Positions 46,109-57,418 of a stretch of 64,000 nucleotides of DNA are shown here, in pieces (positions within the stretch are counted from its first letter, which is position 1; each line of letters starts with the position of its first letter). Under the pieces are notes generated by a model. The model did no database searches and was not told the origin of the DNA. It worked only from the letters and a program-made list of their open reading frames with translations. The translations under genes were made by a program, and so were the position numbers. The DNA is from Gracilinanus agilis (taxonomy: Eukaryota): NCBI RefSeq assembly GCF_016433145.1, contig NC_058134.1, positions 218,628,404-218,692,403 on the forward strand, given 5' to 3'.

Positions 46109-47537
46109 CAAAGGCAAGGACAAGGAGGGAGGCTCTTGGGAATTTTTCAGGGTTTATTTTTTTAATTTGATGAGATTTCTTTTCTGTTCACTTTTAACCC
46201 AAAGTGGGCTCTGACTTCCCTTAGGGGATAGAGGGGAGCAGAACCCCGAGTCCTCAGGGCAATGAGAGGGCTGGGGGTGATTAGCAGTGACCACCAAGCC
46301 CTGGAGTCTCTGGGTTAATGTCCCCAAGCAAGGAATTCCCATGCCTTCTCTGACCCAGTACTAGCCTTTGAAATTGTAGATCTTTGGGGGAGTCAAAATT
46401 TCTTCATTGCTCCTGAGTCCCTAAAGCATGGGAGGTAGGGGGAAATGGTGAGTTTCACAACAGCCACTGCCCCCTCTCCAAGCTCCCAGTGTTTAGTGAT
46501 GATCCACTGTGATCCTTCAGTTCCATAGTGATAGGGAAAGAGGGGAAAGCTGACCATGACTTTCCAGGATTCCCAGAAATCCCAGAAATTTATGGGACGT
46601 TACTTTCCAAATACTCCTGTGCTCAGGGTCAGTAGAGGAGAATAGGGAATAGGGTAGTGTACTTGCATTTGGCAGATCCACAGGGCCTAATTTGAAAGAA
46701 GGCCACTGTTCTTGGAGACTTGGAAAACAGTCACTCTCTCCCATTCCCATAGGGAAGGAGAAGGAAAGTGACCCAGTTCGACTCACCACCCCTCCCACCC
46801 CCAGTTCCAGGGGTCAAATGGTCCACTTGGCCAGGGCTTCCAACTACTCTTCCATTCCTTAGTGAAGAGTAGCCATTGTACCATGGGGCCCATTGTTTCT
46901 CCTGGGCCAAGGGTTAGAGGGGAGGAAACCCCAGGGAAGTAATTGATCACAGTGACACTATGAGAAAAGGTTTCTTTAAAAAAAAAAAAAAAGGAAAGGA
47001 AATAAGTGGCTTTTTTAAAAAATTCCAAAAATACTACAAACTGCATACATGTAAATATAATATGTGGATTTCCTTGCAAGAGAAATCAGATCATATTTTT
47101 ATTTTAAACTGTTTTGCAGCTTTAAACTGTGAAAAAAATGGGAGGTAAGAAGGGAAATCTAAATATTAGCGGGGAAACATGTAAAGACAAAAACAGAAAA
47201 GAAATCCATTTTAAATGAAATAATAAAAAAATTTTAAAAACAAGAAAAATCACCAAAAGACCAGGAGCAAGACTGACTGGTGGAGAAGGGGGAAATGGCT
47301 CTTTCCATGAGAAAAAAACATCTCTTCCTTACTACTGAGGGAGTATAACTGAGAACAAAGACCACCCATCCCAAGGAGACTCACACACAGAAACACTGAC
47401 TCATGCCCACTTGGACTCAGTCATCCATCTAGATTCTCCCTTCCCACCATGCACAAATTTCTCCCCTTCTCTCCCTCTATAATCCAGCCTCATGTGCCCA
47501 TGTTCAATCAATACTGAATCACACTCATAGAAGCCAT

Positions 47538-47565
47538 AACACACACACACACATACACACACACA

Positions 47566-47620
<55 letters not shown>

Positions 47621-47632
47621 CCCCCCCCCCCA
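47538..47632. repeat. Compound (CA)n-(CT)n-(C)n repeat within the inferred long 3' UTR
   Basis: Directly visible. Confidence 0.9.
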
Positions 47633-47990
47633 CAGCACCAAGCCTCCAGATTCATATCTTCACAGATACTCCCATACATGAAAAGAGCCTCTGGTCTGGA
47701 AACCAGGACATTGGAATTCTGGCCTCTAGTTCTGCCACAAACTTGCTGTGAGACCTTGGACAAGTGACTCAATCTCTCCTGGCCTCAATTTCCTCATCTG
47801 TCACATGGGATGAGGGCAGGTTGGGACTGGATAAGCTTTAAAGGCCCTTCCAGCTTAGATATCCTAGGATTCTCACTCACAATATCCAAACATCCCCAGC
47901 TGACACTATGGGCAGACACTTGGCCAACAATACTCCCCATGGTCAATTCCCCCTAAGTTAAGGGACCCCCCCCACCCAGACACACCAAAC

Positions 47991-48033
<43 letters not shown>

Positions 48034-49431
48034 CATAAACCTCCTCACTGTGCTCCCCCCCTCCCTGACCCCCATCTATGTCAAAGTCAGATTGCACACT
48101 CTGTGAGCAATCTGCCTTGGCATGTTTGTGCTGCTGCTTTGGCAAAGAGATAAGATGTGCCAGGGGTCCCTTTGAACACTTTTAATTCCATTTCCCCTCT
48201 TTCAGTGCCATGACCAAGAAGGAGAATAGGAAAGAGGCCCTGATGGGCAGGAGAGAGAATGTCGTCCATACTCTGGCTATCTGGAGCTTCTGTTAAGGAA
48301 ACTTCCCTCTGGCTATGAGCCTGGGGAACTGTCCCAAATATGGAGGCCAGAAGAGACCTCCTGTTGGCAGTCTGGCTGATGGAGAGTGGATGAAAGTCAG
48401 GCTCCCACTCGGTCCATGTCTAGGGGCTAGAAATGTCCTCTCCCTTTCCCAAAGGGGAATGGAGTGGTGTTCTTCCACTGGACAGAACTTCATCAGCACT
48501 CCCACAACTGAAATCTTCACAGTGAGCATACCATTGTATGAGAGCAGGTTTATCCAGTGAGTTGAGATGGAAGTCAAAACTGGCCTTGTCCCTTTCTAGA
48601 CACATACCCAAGCTGCAGTCTTTTCTGGTTGCCCAGTTATGATTCCTGGGGTGTCTAAGACAGCCACTGAAAGGGCCTAAAACCTTGAGTTCCTTGCTAC
48701 TCTCTCCAGTACAGAAGGAAGGAGCCAGTGGCTGGTGGGGAGGGACTAGAATTCAGCATGGAACATAAGACTGAATCTCTCTCTCCACCCCTCCAACCCC
48801 CAGTCCCAACACAGCAATACACTGGGCAGCCTGCTGTGTGCATTCAAGTGAGCAACATGGCCCTAGCAACACAGAGAAAGAAGGGCTGTCAATGAGCATC
48901 TTACTGCTTTTGCTCAGTCTGGGCAGGACCTATGGAATGCCTTCTGAATCTCAATCATCTTTTCTCCCACTCCTCCCAGACTTCAGACCTTAAAGAATTT
49001 AAGACTAAAAAAGAAAGGCAAAAAACAAAAACAAAAAACCACCCAAGCGGCCAACCAAAGGACAAATAATGAAGAGTTTAAAATGGCATCCCATGCTCTG
49101 ACACTGATGGAGAGCAATCAGGGTTGGACCACCAAGGGTCCTTTAAATAACCTGAGGCCCACAGAGGGCAAGGAGTTTGCAAAGCAAAGGGAGCCAGAGA
49201 GAGTGAGAGAGCCATTCATGTGCAAAAGAGAGGGGGTTAAAGGGCTGGGGGGAGGAGAAAGGACTGGGACTGGAGAGGGTTATGGCTCGCATTCCAGCTC
49301 AGACCAGTTCAAGAAACCAACCTCCATTTTTCTTTACTTTGTGGGGTTTTTTTCAGACTGTTAAAAGAAAAAAAAATTTTAAAAAGCCGAAAACTAAAAA
49401 AAAAAAAAAAAAAAAAAATCCTGGTACATGA

Positions 49432-49437
49432 AATAAA
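49432..49437 (+). terminator. Distal polyadenylation signal
   Basis: AATAAA after an A-rich block, followed by a T run and GT-containing sequence. Repeat-dense intergenic-type sequence starts about 100 bp later. Confidence 0.6.
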
Positions 49438-49529
49438 GATTTTTTTTATAGCTTGGTCCTCAAGTAAGTGGATTTATTCAACCTCTTTTCCAATGAATGT
49501 GGTCTCTTGACCTCCAGATATCCTGGAAC

Positions 49530-50660
49530 GATCATAGAATTGCAGAATTGGGTGGGAAGTGAGAGATCATCTCATCCCATCTACCACCATTCATAGAAAG
49601 CCCCCTGGATAGCATCTCTGACAGGCAGCTACTCAGCTTCCCCTTGGATATTTCCAGTAATGCAGAGCTCATTACTCACAGGGAAGGCCATTGTACTTTT
49701 TTTTTTATCAGTTCTCTGTATTAGGAAGTTGCTCCTCATATGGAGACAAAATTAATTTTCAGTTACTACCCATTGCCCCTCTTTATTCTCTTACATGTCT
49801 CCTCTCACTCCAATCAATCATTAAACATTGATTCAACACCTACTCTCTGCTAGGCTCTGCACTAAGAGTTGGGGTTATAGAGGGAAAGCAAGAATAGTCT
49901 CTGTCCTCAAGGAGCTTATAGTCTAATTGGGGGGAGGAAGCACAAAATACCTCACAAGGTACATACAAAATAGATGAGGCCCTTCAAATACTTAAAGAGA
50001 GACACTACCTAGGCCCTCACCCTCCCTTAGTCTTTTCATGATACAGTTCCTATAACCTTCATCATCTTGGCCACCCTCCTCTGGCCATGATCCAGTCTGA
50101 CACTTTCACCCCAAAAACATGGGGGCCAGAACTGACCTCACTCCAGATGTAGCCTGACCAGAGCCAAGGACACCAGGACAATTACCCACAGGCTTAGAAT
50201 CTCCAATTGGAAGGGACTTCAGGGTGATCTAGTATCCCTCTACCTAACACATGGATCCCCTTTATATCAAGCCCTAAAAGGGAATTATCTAGCCTGGCTT
50301 GGAGACCACCAAGGAGGGGGAACTTATTCAATTAAAGGTAATAATAGCACATGTTCACAGAGCATTTTCAGACAGGCAAAGCACTTCACATATAGTAACT
50401 CATTCAATCCCAAAGCAGTCTATTCTCCACTTGAACAGCTCTTCTTAGAGCCAAAATTGGCCTCTAAAGCTTTCCTCCTCTCTCATCCTGGTATACAGTG
50501 CTCCTATTAATACAACCTAAGAGCCCACCAGATTTTTTGACAAGCCACATCATCTTTCTTGCAGCCCACCAAAACATGGTACCCAGAACTGAACATACCA
50601 TTCCAAATGCAATCAGAATTCCAGATGTGATCAGAATACAGTGCCACAGGACATGAGTGG
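49530..50660 (-). mobile_element. CR1/L3 fragments (49530-49760, 50040-50170, 50460-50660) interleaved with L2/MIR
   Basis: L3 motifs gagctcattactcacaggg, atcttggccaccctcctctgg, cccagaactgaacatac..tccagatgtgatc. Confidence 0.55.
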
Positions 50661-51960
50661 GGCTCCCAGGACAATACGTGGATGGGGAGAAAGAGCGTGG
50701 GGAGGAGGGAGAGCTGGAGACCAACCTGGGTGCCACTTCCTCTCACTTACATTTAAAACCCTAGAGCTAATATGCAGAAAGCAGGATGGGAAAAGAAGCT
50801 ATGTATAGAACAAATTAAATCTTGTTGGGAGAAAAACTGACTGGACAGTAGCAAAAATAGCAAGTTCTTTGATCTACAGGTTTGGATTTTATAATGCTAA
50901 AAGGTATTACCAAGGATCTCTTGGGGCAGATGGGGCTACAAAATCCTCCCCTAGCTTACAATAAAAGAATTTTAATTCATGTTCATTTTTTTGCCACACA
51001 GGTCACAGAATTTGGGTAAAAGTGAAGAAGAGATTATGCCAGGGAAGTACACCAAGCCCTGGATAAGATTGTAGATGACTGGTCTGATTACACTAAAATG
51101 CTCATTAGATTAACTCAGAGTGACCTGCTAAAAAAGATCTAAGCCTTCTCAGAAATTAGAAAGGACCAAGCCCAGGTTCATAGAATCATCCGTTCAGTTT
51201 TAGAGCTAGAAGGGACCCTAGAGAGCATTGTGTTCAACCTCTTCCCTTTTTGAAGATGAGAAAACAGAACAGAGAAGCCAAGTGGCATTGATTTGCCAAG
51301 ATCACATAGCTAGTATCTGAGGCTTATTCATTCCACCATGTTGTCCCTTAAGTTTAAGGAATGGAAGCACCTTGAAGGCAGGAGAAGTTTTATTTTTGTC
51401 TTTGCAGAGTTAAAAGGAGAAATTTGTTTCCATGTGGGATAAAAGCAGCTGAGTGGGAGCATTCAATCAGAGAGGACAGTACAGAGGACAGTAATTGAGC
51501 TGCGAGAATTCATCCCCTTACCCTCAAAGGAGTCAGTGGGAAGCATAGCCCACAGAAGAGGGGTACCACAACAGGCCCCAAGAACATGACAGTGTGGGAA
51601 CAGTTATATTACATGGGGGTATAGACCAGTAGAAGATTACAGGTACAGGGGTGGAGCTTGCCTTAGAAAGAACACCCAGCTCCATAAATGTTAGCACTGT
51701 AGGGCAATGCCCTACTTGCCTCGTGCTAGCTAATCACTGTATCTCTGAATTCCTTCAGTGATCAGTGTATTTTTTCTCTTTTCTTGGTCCTGATCTGAGA
51801 TTCCATTCAATGAGGAGATTCCCTCTACCACTGAAGATTGGCACCCCTCCATCACTTATAATCTTAAAGGGTCTTTGGAGCACTGAGAAGTGAGATCAAG
51901 TAGCTTACCCAGGGTCCCAAAGACAGTATGGGTCAGAGGTTGGCTCCTGATTCACTATGC

Positions 51961-52494
51961 CAGTGGTCTTTAAAGTTTTTGATCCTCGAACCCCAGGAGT
52001 CCACACAACCCTTGCAAAGGGGTCTGTGAAGCCAAAACTATTTTCATAAAACACTAAGATGTTATTTGCCTATTAAAATATTCCTTTCTCCCCAGTCACA
52101 TATCCATGTGAAGCCAAATTTTTCTTCATACACTTCAACCAAACAACATATCACAACAGATTGAATGCAGAAGCAGATATGAGACTCTTAGCTNNNNNNN
52201 NNNNNNNNNNNNNNNNNNNNNNNNNNNNNNNNNNNNNNNNNNNNNNNNNNNNNNNNNNNNNNNNNNNNNNNNNNNNNNNNNNNNNNNNNNNNNNNNNNNN
52301 NNNNNNNNNNNNNNNNNNNNNNNNNNNNNNNNNNNNNNNNNTTTTTAATTGAATTAATAAATATTTTAAAATTTTATCAGTCTTAATTTCTAACATGGTA
52401 AATATCAACAGATATAACCCCAAAAGCTCAATGGAGCTCAATAATTTTTAATAGTGTAAACAGTTCCTGAGGGCAAAAAGTTTGAGAACCCTTG
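51961..52494 (+). mobile_element. Charlie1-like hAT deletion derivative spanning an N gap
   Basis: Left cagtggtctttaaagt..aaaactattttcataa..ctaagatgttatttgcct; internal caacagattgaatgcagaagcagatatgaga; right aaaaagtttgagaacccttg. Decayed 8 bp TSD cactatgc / cattacac. Confidence 0.8.
52194..52341. other. Assembly gap (148 N) inside the Charlie1-like element
   Basis: N run. Confidence 1.
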
Positions 52495-52922
52495 CATTAC
52501 ACCATTGGCTATTTCTCCTGTAATAGACCTTTTTTTTTTTTTTTTTTTTTCTAAAACCTTACTTTCTGTCTTAGTAGCAACTCTAAGACAGAAAGGCAAG
52601 GATGAAGCAAATGAGATTAGGTCATTTGCCCAGGGTTATGCAGCTAGGAAGTAACTCCAGCCAAATTTGAGTCTAGGACCTCCAGTCTCTAGACCTGGCT
52701 CTCTATCCACTGAACCACCTAGCTGCCCCTATAATAGATCTTTAATTTGAAATCCAAATCTGAAATAATCTGAAATAAGAAGTGATCCTACTTCTTGAGA
52801 CGAGTGATTATGGCTTCATTTTTTACCAACCTTCAGATTGACTCAATAATTATGCTTCCCTTTAAGGAACAGGCCCAGGAAAGGGGAAGAATCTGTGACT
52901 GAGAGAGGGTCAAGTTCATTCT

Positions 52923-53114
52923 ATTTTTTTTTTCAATCTTTACCTGCTGTCTTAGAATCAATACTGTGTATTGGTTCTAAGGCAGAAGAGTAGTTGGGGT
53001 TAAGTGATTTGCCCAGGGTCACACAGCTAGGAAGTACCTGAGGCCAACTTTGAACCCAGGACCTCCCATCTCTGGACCTGGCTTTCTATCCACTGAGTCG
53101 CCTAGCTATCCCCA
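52923..53114 (-). mobile_element. SINE1_Mdo-like SINE with 14 bp TSD
   Basis: gtcaagttcattct at 52909-52922 and 53115-53128. Confidence 0.88.
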
Positions 53115-53634
53115 GTCAAGTTCATTCTTAAGACAAGAGGTGACCACCCCCGAAGACAATGACCAGATTCCTAACAGAGCTGACCTCTGGGCTGAAAAAA
53201 AAAAAACAGAACAAAGAAATCATGGTGCAAGGAAAATAGAGATCCTAGCTCCAGCTGAATTACTCCTTGCATCCCTGAATAGCAAACTAAGATCTATGTG
53301 AGCACCAAACTCACTTCCATGTGAAGGTCCAGGTTGTCATCAGCCCTTCCCCAGGTTTCCCAATGACCTGCAACAGTGCTCTCCCTGCCTTTAGGACCAG
53401 GACTGCAAGGCTCAGAGACCATTCAGTCTTTGAACATGAGACTGTAAAATGTCAGAGATAAGAGACCAGAAAGAAGAAATACCATCTAGCTCAAACATCC
53501 CATTCTTACAGGTGAGGAAACTGAGGTTCAAAGAGGAACAATGACTTAACCAGTGAGATATCCTAATTCCCAAACCAGTCTTCTTTCCACTGCCCAAAAC
53601 TGCCTTCTTGTTTAAAAATAATAATGTGTGTGTG

Positions 53635-53669
<35 letters not shown>

Positions 53670-56600
53670 GTGTACCCACACACATATGGAGCAACTAGGT
53701 AACCCAGTGGAGAGAACACAAGACCTGGAGACAAGAAGTTTGAGGTTCAAATCCAGCCTCAGATACTTCCTAGCCCTTGCCATTCTTCTGTCTTAGAACT
53801 GATACTAAAACTGAACATAAGGGTTTAATATGTGTGTAAGTAACATTATAAATATTATCTCATTGGATCCTCATAACAACTTTGCAAGGTAGGTGCTGTT
53901 ATAATCCTCATTTTGCAGAGGAGAAACAGACAGAAGATAAATGTCTTGCCCAGGGCCACCCACCCAGCTAGTGAACACCGAAGACAGAATTCAAACTCAA
54001 GCCTTCTTGACTCCAGCTCTCTAGACACTTTGCCATCTGGTTGGCCCTGCCTTCTTCTAAAGGAGTAGATAAGAGAGCTGTTTACAAATTCATTCATTCT
54101 TCTGACCCCCCTGGTGCTTCTTGGTTGGGAAAATGTCAAGAGAGTATGGAAAGAGAGAGTCCATCTCTCAGTCTCAGTGACCTTGCCTGAGTTTGGAAAT
54201 ACTAGAAGCATCAGCGGGGAGAGGCGGCTGTCTCCGCAGGCGTCTAGACCTAACTAACAAGGAACATCCATTTGGATCGTCTTCCAAACAGCCACCTTAG
54301 AGATCTGGTGGCTTGCCAAGCCAGCCACTCCCTCCTATGATGCGCAGACTTGGGAGAGAAGCATCTTCAGGCCAGCCTGCAAATCCTCCAGAGACCCACA
54401 GAACACTTCCCAGCCTTCCTCCAATTTACATATATGTCCACAAATAGACATAGACTTGGAAGGATGCCTTCCTCTTCAAGCCTCTTTATTCTTCTATAAA
54501 AGGGAGGAGGGAGTAGATGCTCTATAATGTCTCAAGGCGAGTTGCTTACCTTCTCTGGTTTTCTCATCTGTAAAATTAGGAGATGGTGTCTAAGATCCCA
54601 CCTAAGCTCCTTAATTCTAGGACCTTCTGATGTCCAATTTCCATGGAGGTAACTCGTTCCCCAAGGTATGAATGTCCCTCTGGCTCTAGGGCTGTCCCTT
54701 TATATCTGTTTCTAAACATCATCATCATCATAATTGCTAGCATTTTACTTGGTGCTTTACCATTAGCAAAGTACCTTGCAAATTACCATTGCACTCAGTC
54801 CTCACAATCCTGGAAGACAGATGGTATTTTTTTACAGATGAGGAATCTGAGGCTGAAACAGTAGATGACTTGCTCAGAATCAGTCAGCTGTAAGAATCTG
54901 AGGCAAGATTTGAACTCAGGTCTTCTTGGCCCCAGACCCATCCCTCAAACTATCCAGTGTGCCACCTAGCTGCCTAACCCTGGGTACAATTCAAGACTAG
55001 AACATGTATATAAGTATGCTGGGAGTCACAGAACATCAGATACTAAATTTTTCACTTCAATTCAATTCAATGTGCATAAAAACCAGCAAAAAAACATAGC
55101 CCAGTAGACAGATTTCTAGACTTGGAATCAGGAAGATCTAAGTTCAAGTCTTCTGATATTTACCAGCTGAGTGATCCAGGTGAAGTCACTTTACCTCTCT
55201 CAGAGTCAGTTTCCTCATCTGTAAAGTGGGTATAATAATAGTACCTACCTCTCAATATTGTTATAAGAATTAAATGAGACATTTTAAACTGTTTTGTAAA
55301 CTTAAAAGGCTAAATAAATACTATTATTATTTTAGTTACTGGAGATACCAAGACAAAAATGAAGTAGACACCATCCTTAGCTTACATTATATTAAAGGAA
55401 ACAGTAGGTACATAAAGAATTCAATTCAGAATACATATAAAGTCACTTAGGGGAAGAGAGCTCAAGTCTAACATCAATCAATTAATCAGTAAGCATTGAT
55501 TAATGCCGCCATAGGGTCTCTTCTGTTCTCAGACCATTATGTCTATCTCCTCCTTCCCCCACTGGAAAAACTGGATTCTGCTCCTAGAACTTCCCTGGAC
55601 TCTGGTGGAGGATAGGCTTTGCTTTACCTTGCTTAGATCTACTTTGTGGCCATCCCCATTCAAGCCTCCACTGACCACAATCTTTCTATCCCCTTTTCCA
55701 GTTCTCCTTTTTTAAATTTTCTTCTCCTATTGGCCTGGAAACTCCTCAAGAACAAGGACTGTCTTGCTTCCTTGTGTTTCTATCCCCAGAACTTGGCACT
55801 GTACCCAAAATACTGTTAGTGCTTAATAAATGCTATATCTATCTATCAAATGCCTACCTCGTGCCAGACACTGTGCTAAGCACTGGAGATACAAAGAAAA
55901 AAAAAGAGAAATCTCTGCTCTCAAGGAGTTTGCATTCGATTGTAGGAAAACAACTGCTATATAGAAAAATCACTATAAAATATGGGCAAAGTAATTAATC
56001 AGGGACAGCCCCACATCTACCTTAAAGAATTAATTAAGTTCCCTCAATGTGCTAGGCAAATTGCTAAGCACTGACAAGAATGAAAGAAAAAGAATGAAGC
56101 AATCTCTACTCTCAAAGAACTGACATTCTAATATGTTTGGCAATTTGTTAACAATAGAAGGGACAACTAAGTGACTTAGTGGATAGAGCGCCAGGTCTGA
56201 GTCAGGAGAACCTAGGTTCAAATGTGGTCTCAGACACATCATGCTGTATGACCCTGAGCAAGTCACTTAACCTCAATCACCTGGCCTTTACTATTCTTCT
56301 GCCTTGGAACTGATACTTAGCATTGATTCTGAGATGGAAGGTAAGAGCTTAAAGGGAGAAAAATAGATATCAAGACAGAAAGTGAGAGTGTAAAACAACA
56401 ATAAAACAGGGGCTCCAAATAGCAAATGGTAGGCTGGAGTAAAATGTGTGGTCAGATAAAAAATGGTATATGGCAAAATCAAGGGACAGCCCACATGGCA
56501 CATTAGTATCTATATGAGATCAATGTTAAGAGGAGGAAGGAGGAGAGAAGAGGAGAGAGAGGGGTGAGTAATGAGAGACAGACAGAGTTAAAGAGGGAGA

Positions 56601-57227
56601 CAGAGAAGAAAGAGATGATGAGATAAGAAGAGAGAATAGAGAAAGTTAAGGTCAGCTCAGGTCTGAGAAAAAGAAAGGGAAGGAGAGGAAGGAATAGAAG
56701 AAGAGAGGAAAGGAGAGAAAAGGGAAAGAGAGGGGATGAGACAGAAGGAGAGGAGAGGAAAGGAAGGAACAGAGAGAAAAGGAGAAGAGAGGAAAAATAA
56801 AGTCCATGGAGTTATATGAAGGCTTCTTCTGCACCGAAAACTAGGAGACAAACTAATTTCATGGACTTCTGGGAAATGTGTTCCAGCACCAGGAAAAAAA
56901 AAATGAATGTATTTTTGTTTTTAATCAGACTCATTATTTTCTCTGTATTGGGAGTCCCAGAATGATACATTCTCTGCCAATAGAGATCAGCCCCTGGTTT
57001 GTAACTCATAATCTTGGAGAGTTGCCTGGGGCACTGAGAATTTAAGTGGCTCAGTTGTGGTTCTATGGCTAGTGTATGAAAAAGGCAGGACCTGAACCCA
57101 AGTCTCTCTAACTTCAACAGCAGCTCTCTGTCTACTCCTCCCAGCTGTTTCCCATGTCTCTTCTCCTTTATCCTTCACAGCTGTCCTTCCATGCTTCATC
57201 ATGAATCAGAACTGACTCTAGGTTCTT

Positions 57228-57418
57228 TTTTTTTAATCCTCACCTTCCATCTTAGAATCAATACTGTGTATTGGCTCCAAGGCAGAAGAGTGATAAGGGT
57301 AGGCAATAGGGGTTAAGTGACTTGCTCAGGGTCACACAGCTGGGAAGGGTCTGAGGCCACATTTGAACCCAGGACCTCCCATCTCTGGACCTGGATCTCA
57401 ATCCACTGAGTCACCCAG
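57228..57418 (-). mobile_element. Young SINE1_Mdo-like SINE with 12 bp TSD
   Basis: ctctaggttctt at 57216-57227 and 57419-57430. Confidence 0.88.

Larger units (their letters stand above)
45701..49460 (+). other. CACNG2: CACNG2 3' UTR (long form ~3.75 kb, end inferred from distal AATAAA)
   Basis: Follows the stop codon, is repeat-poor, and has A-rich/U-rich blocks typical of neuronal 3' UTRs. Ends near AATAAA 49432-49437 with a downstream T-rich tract. The true end needs RNA data. Confidence 0.6.
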
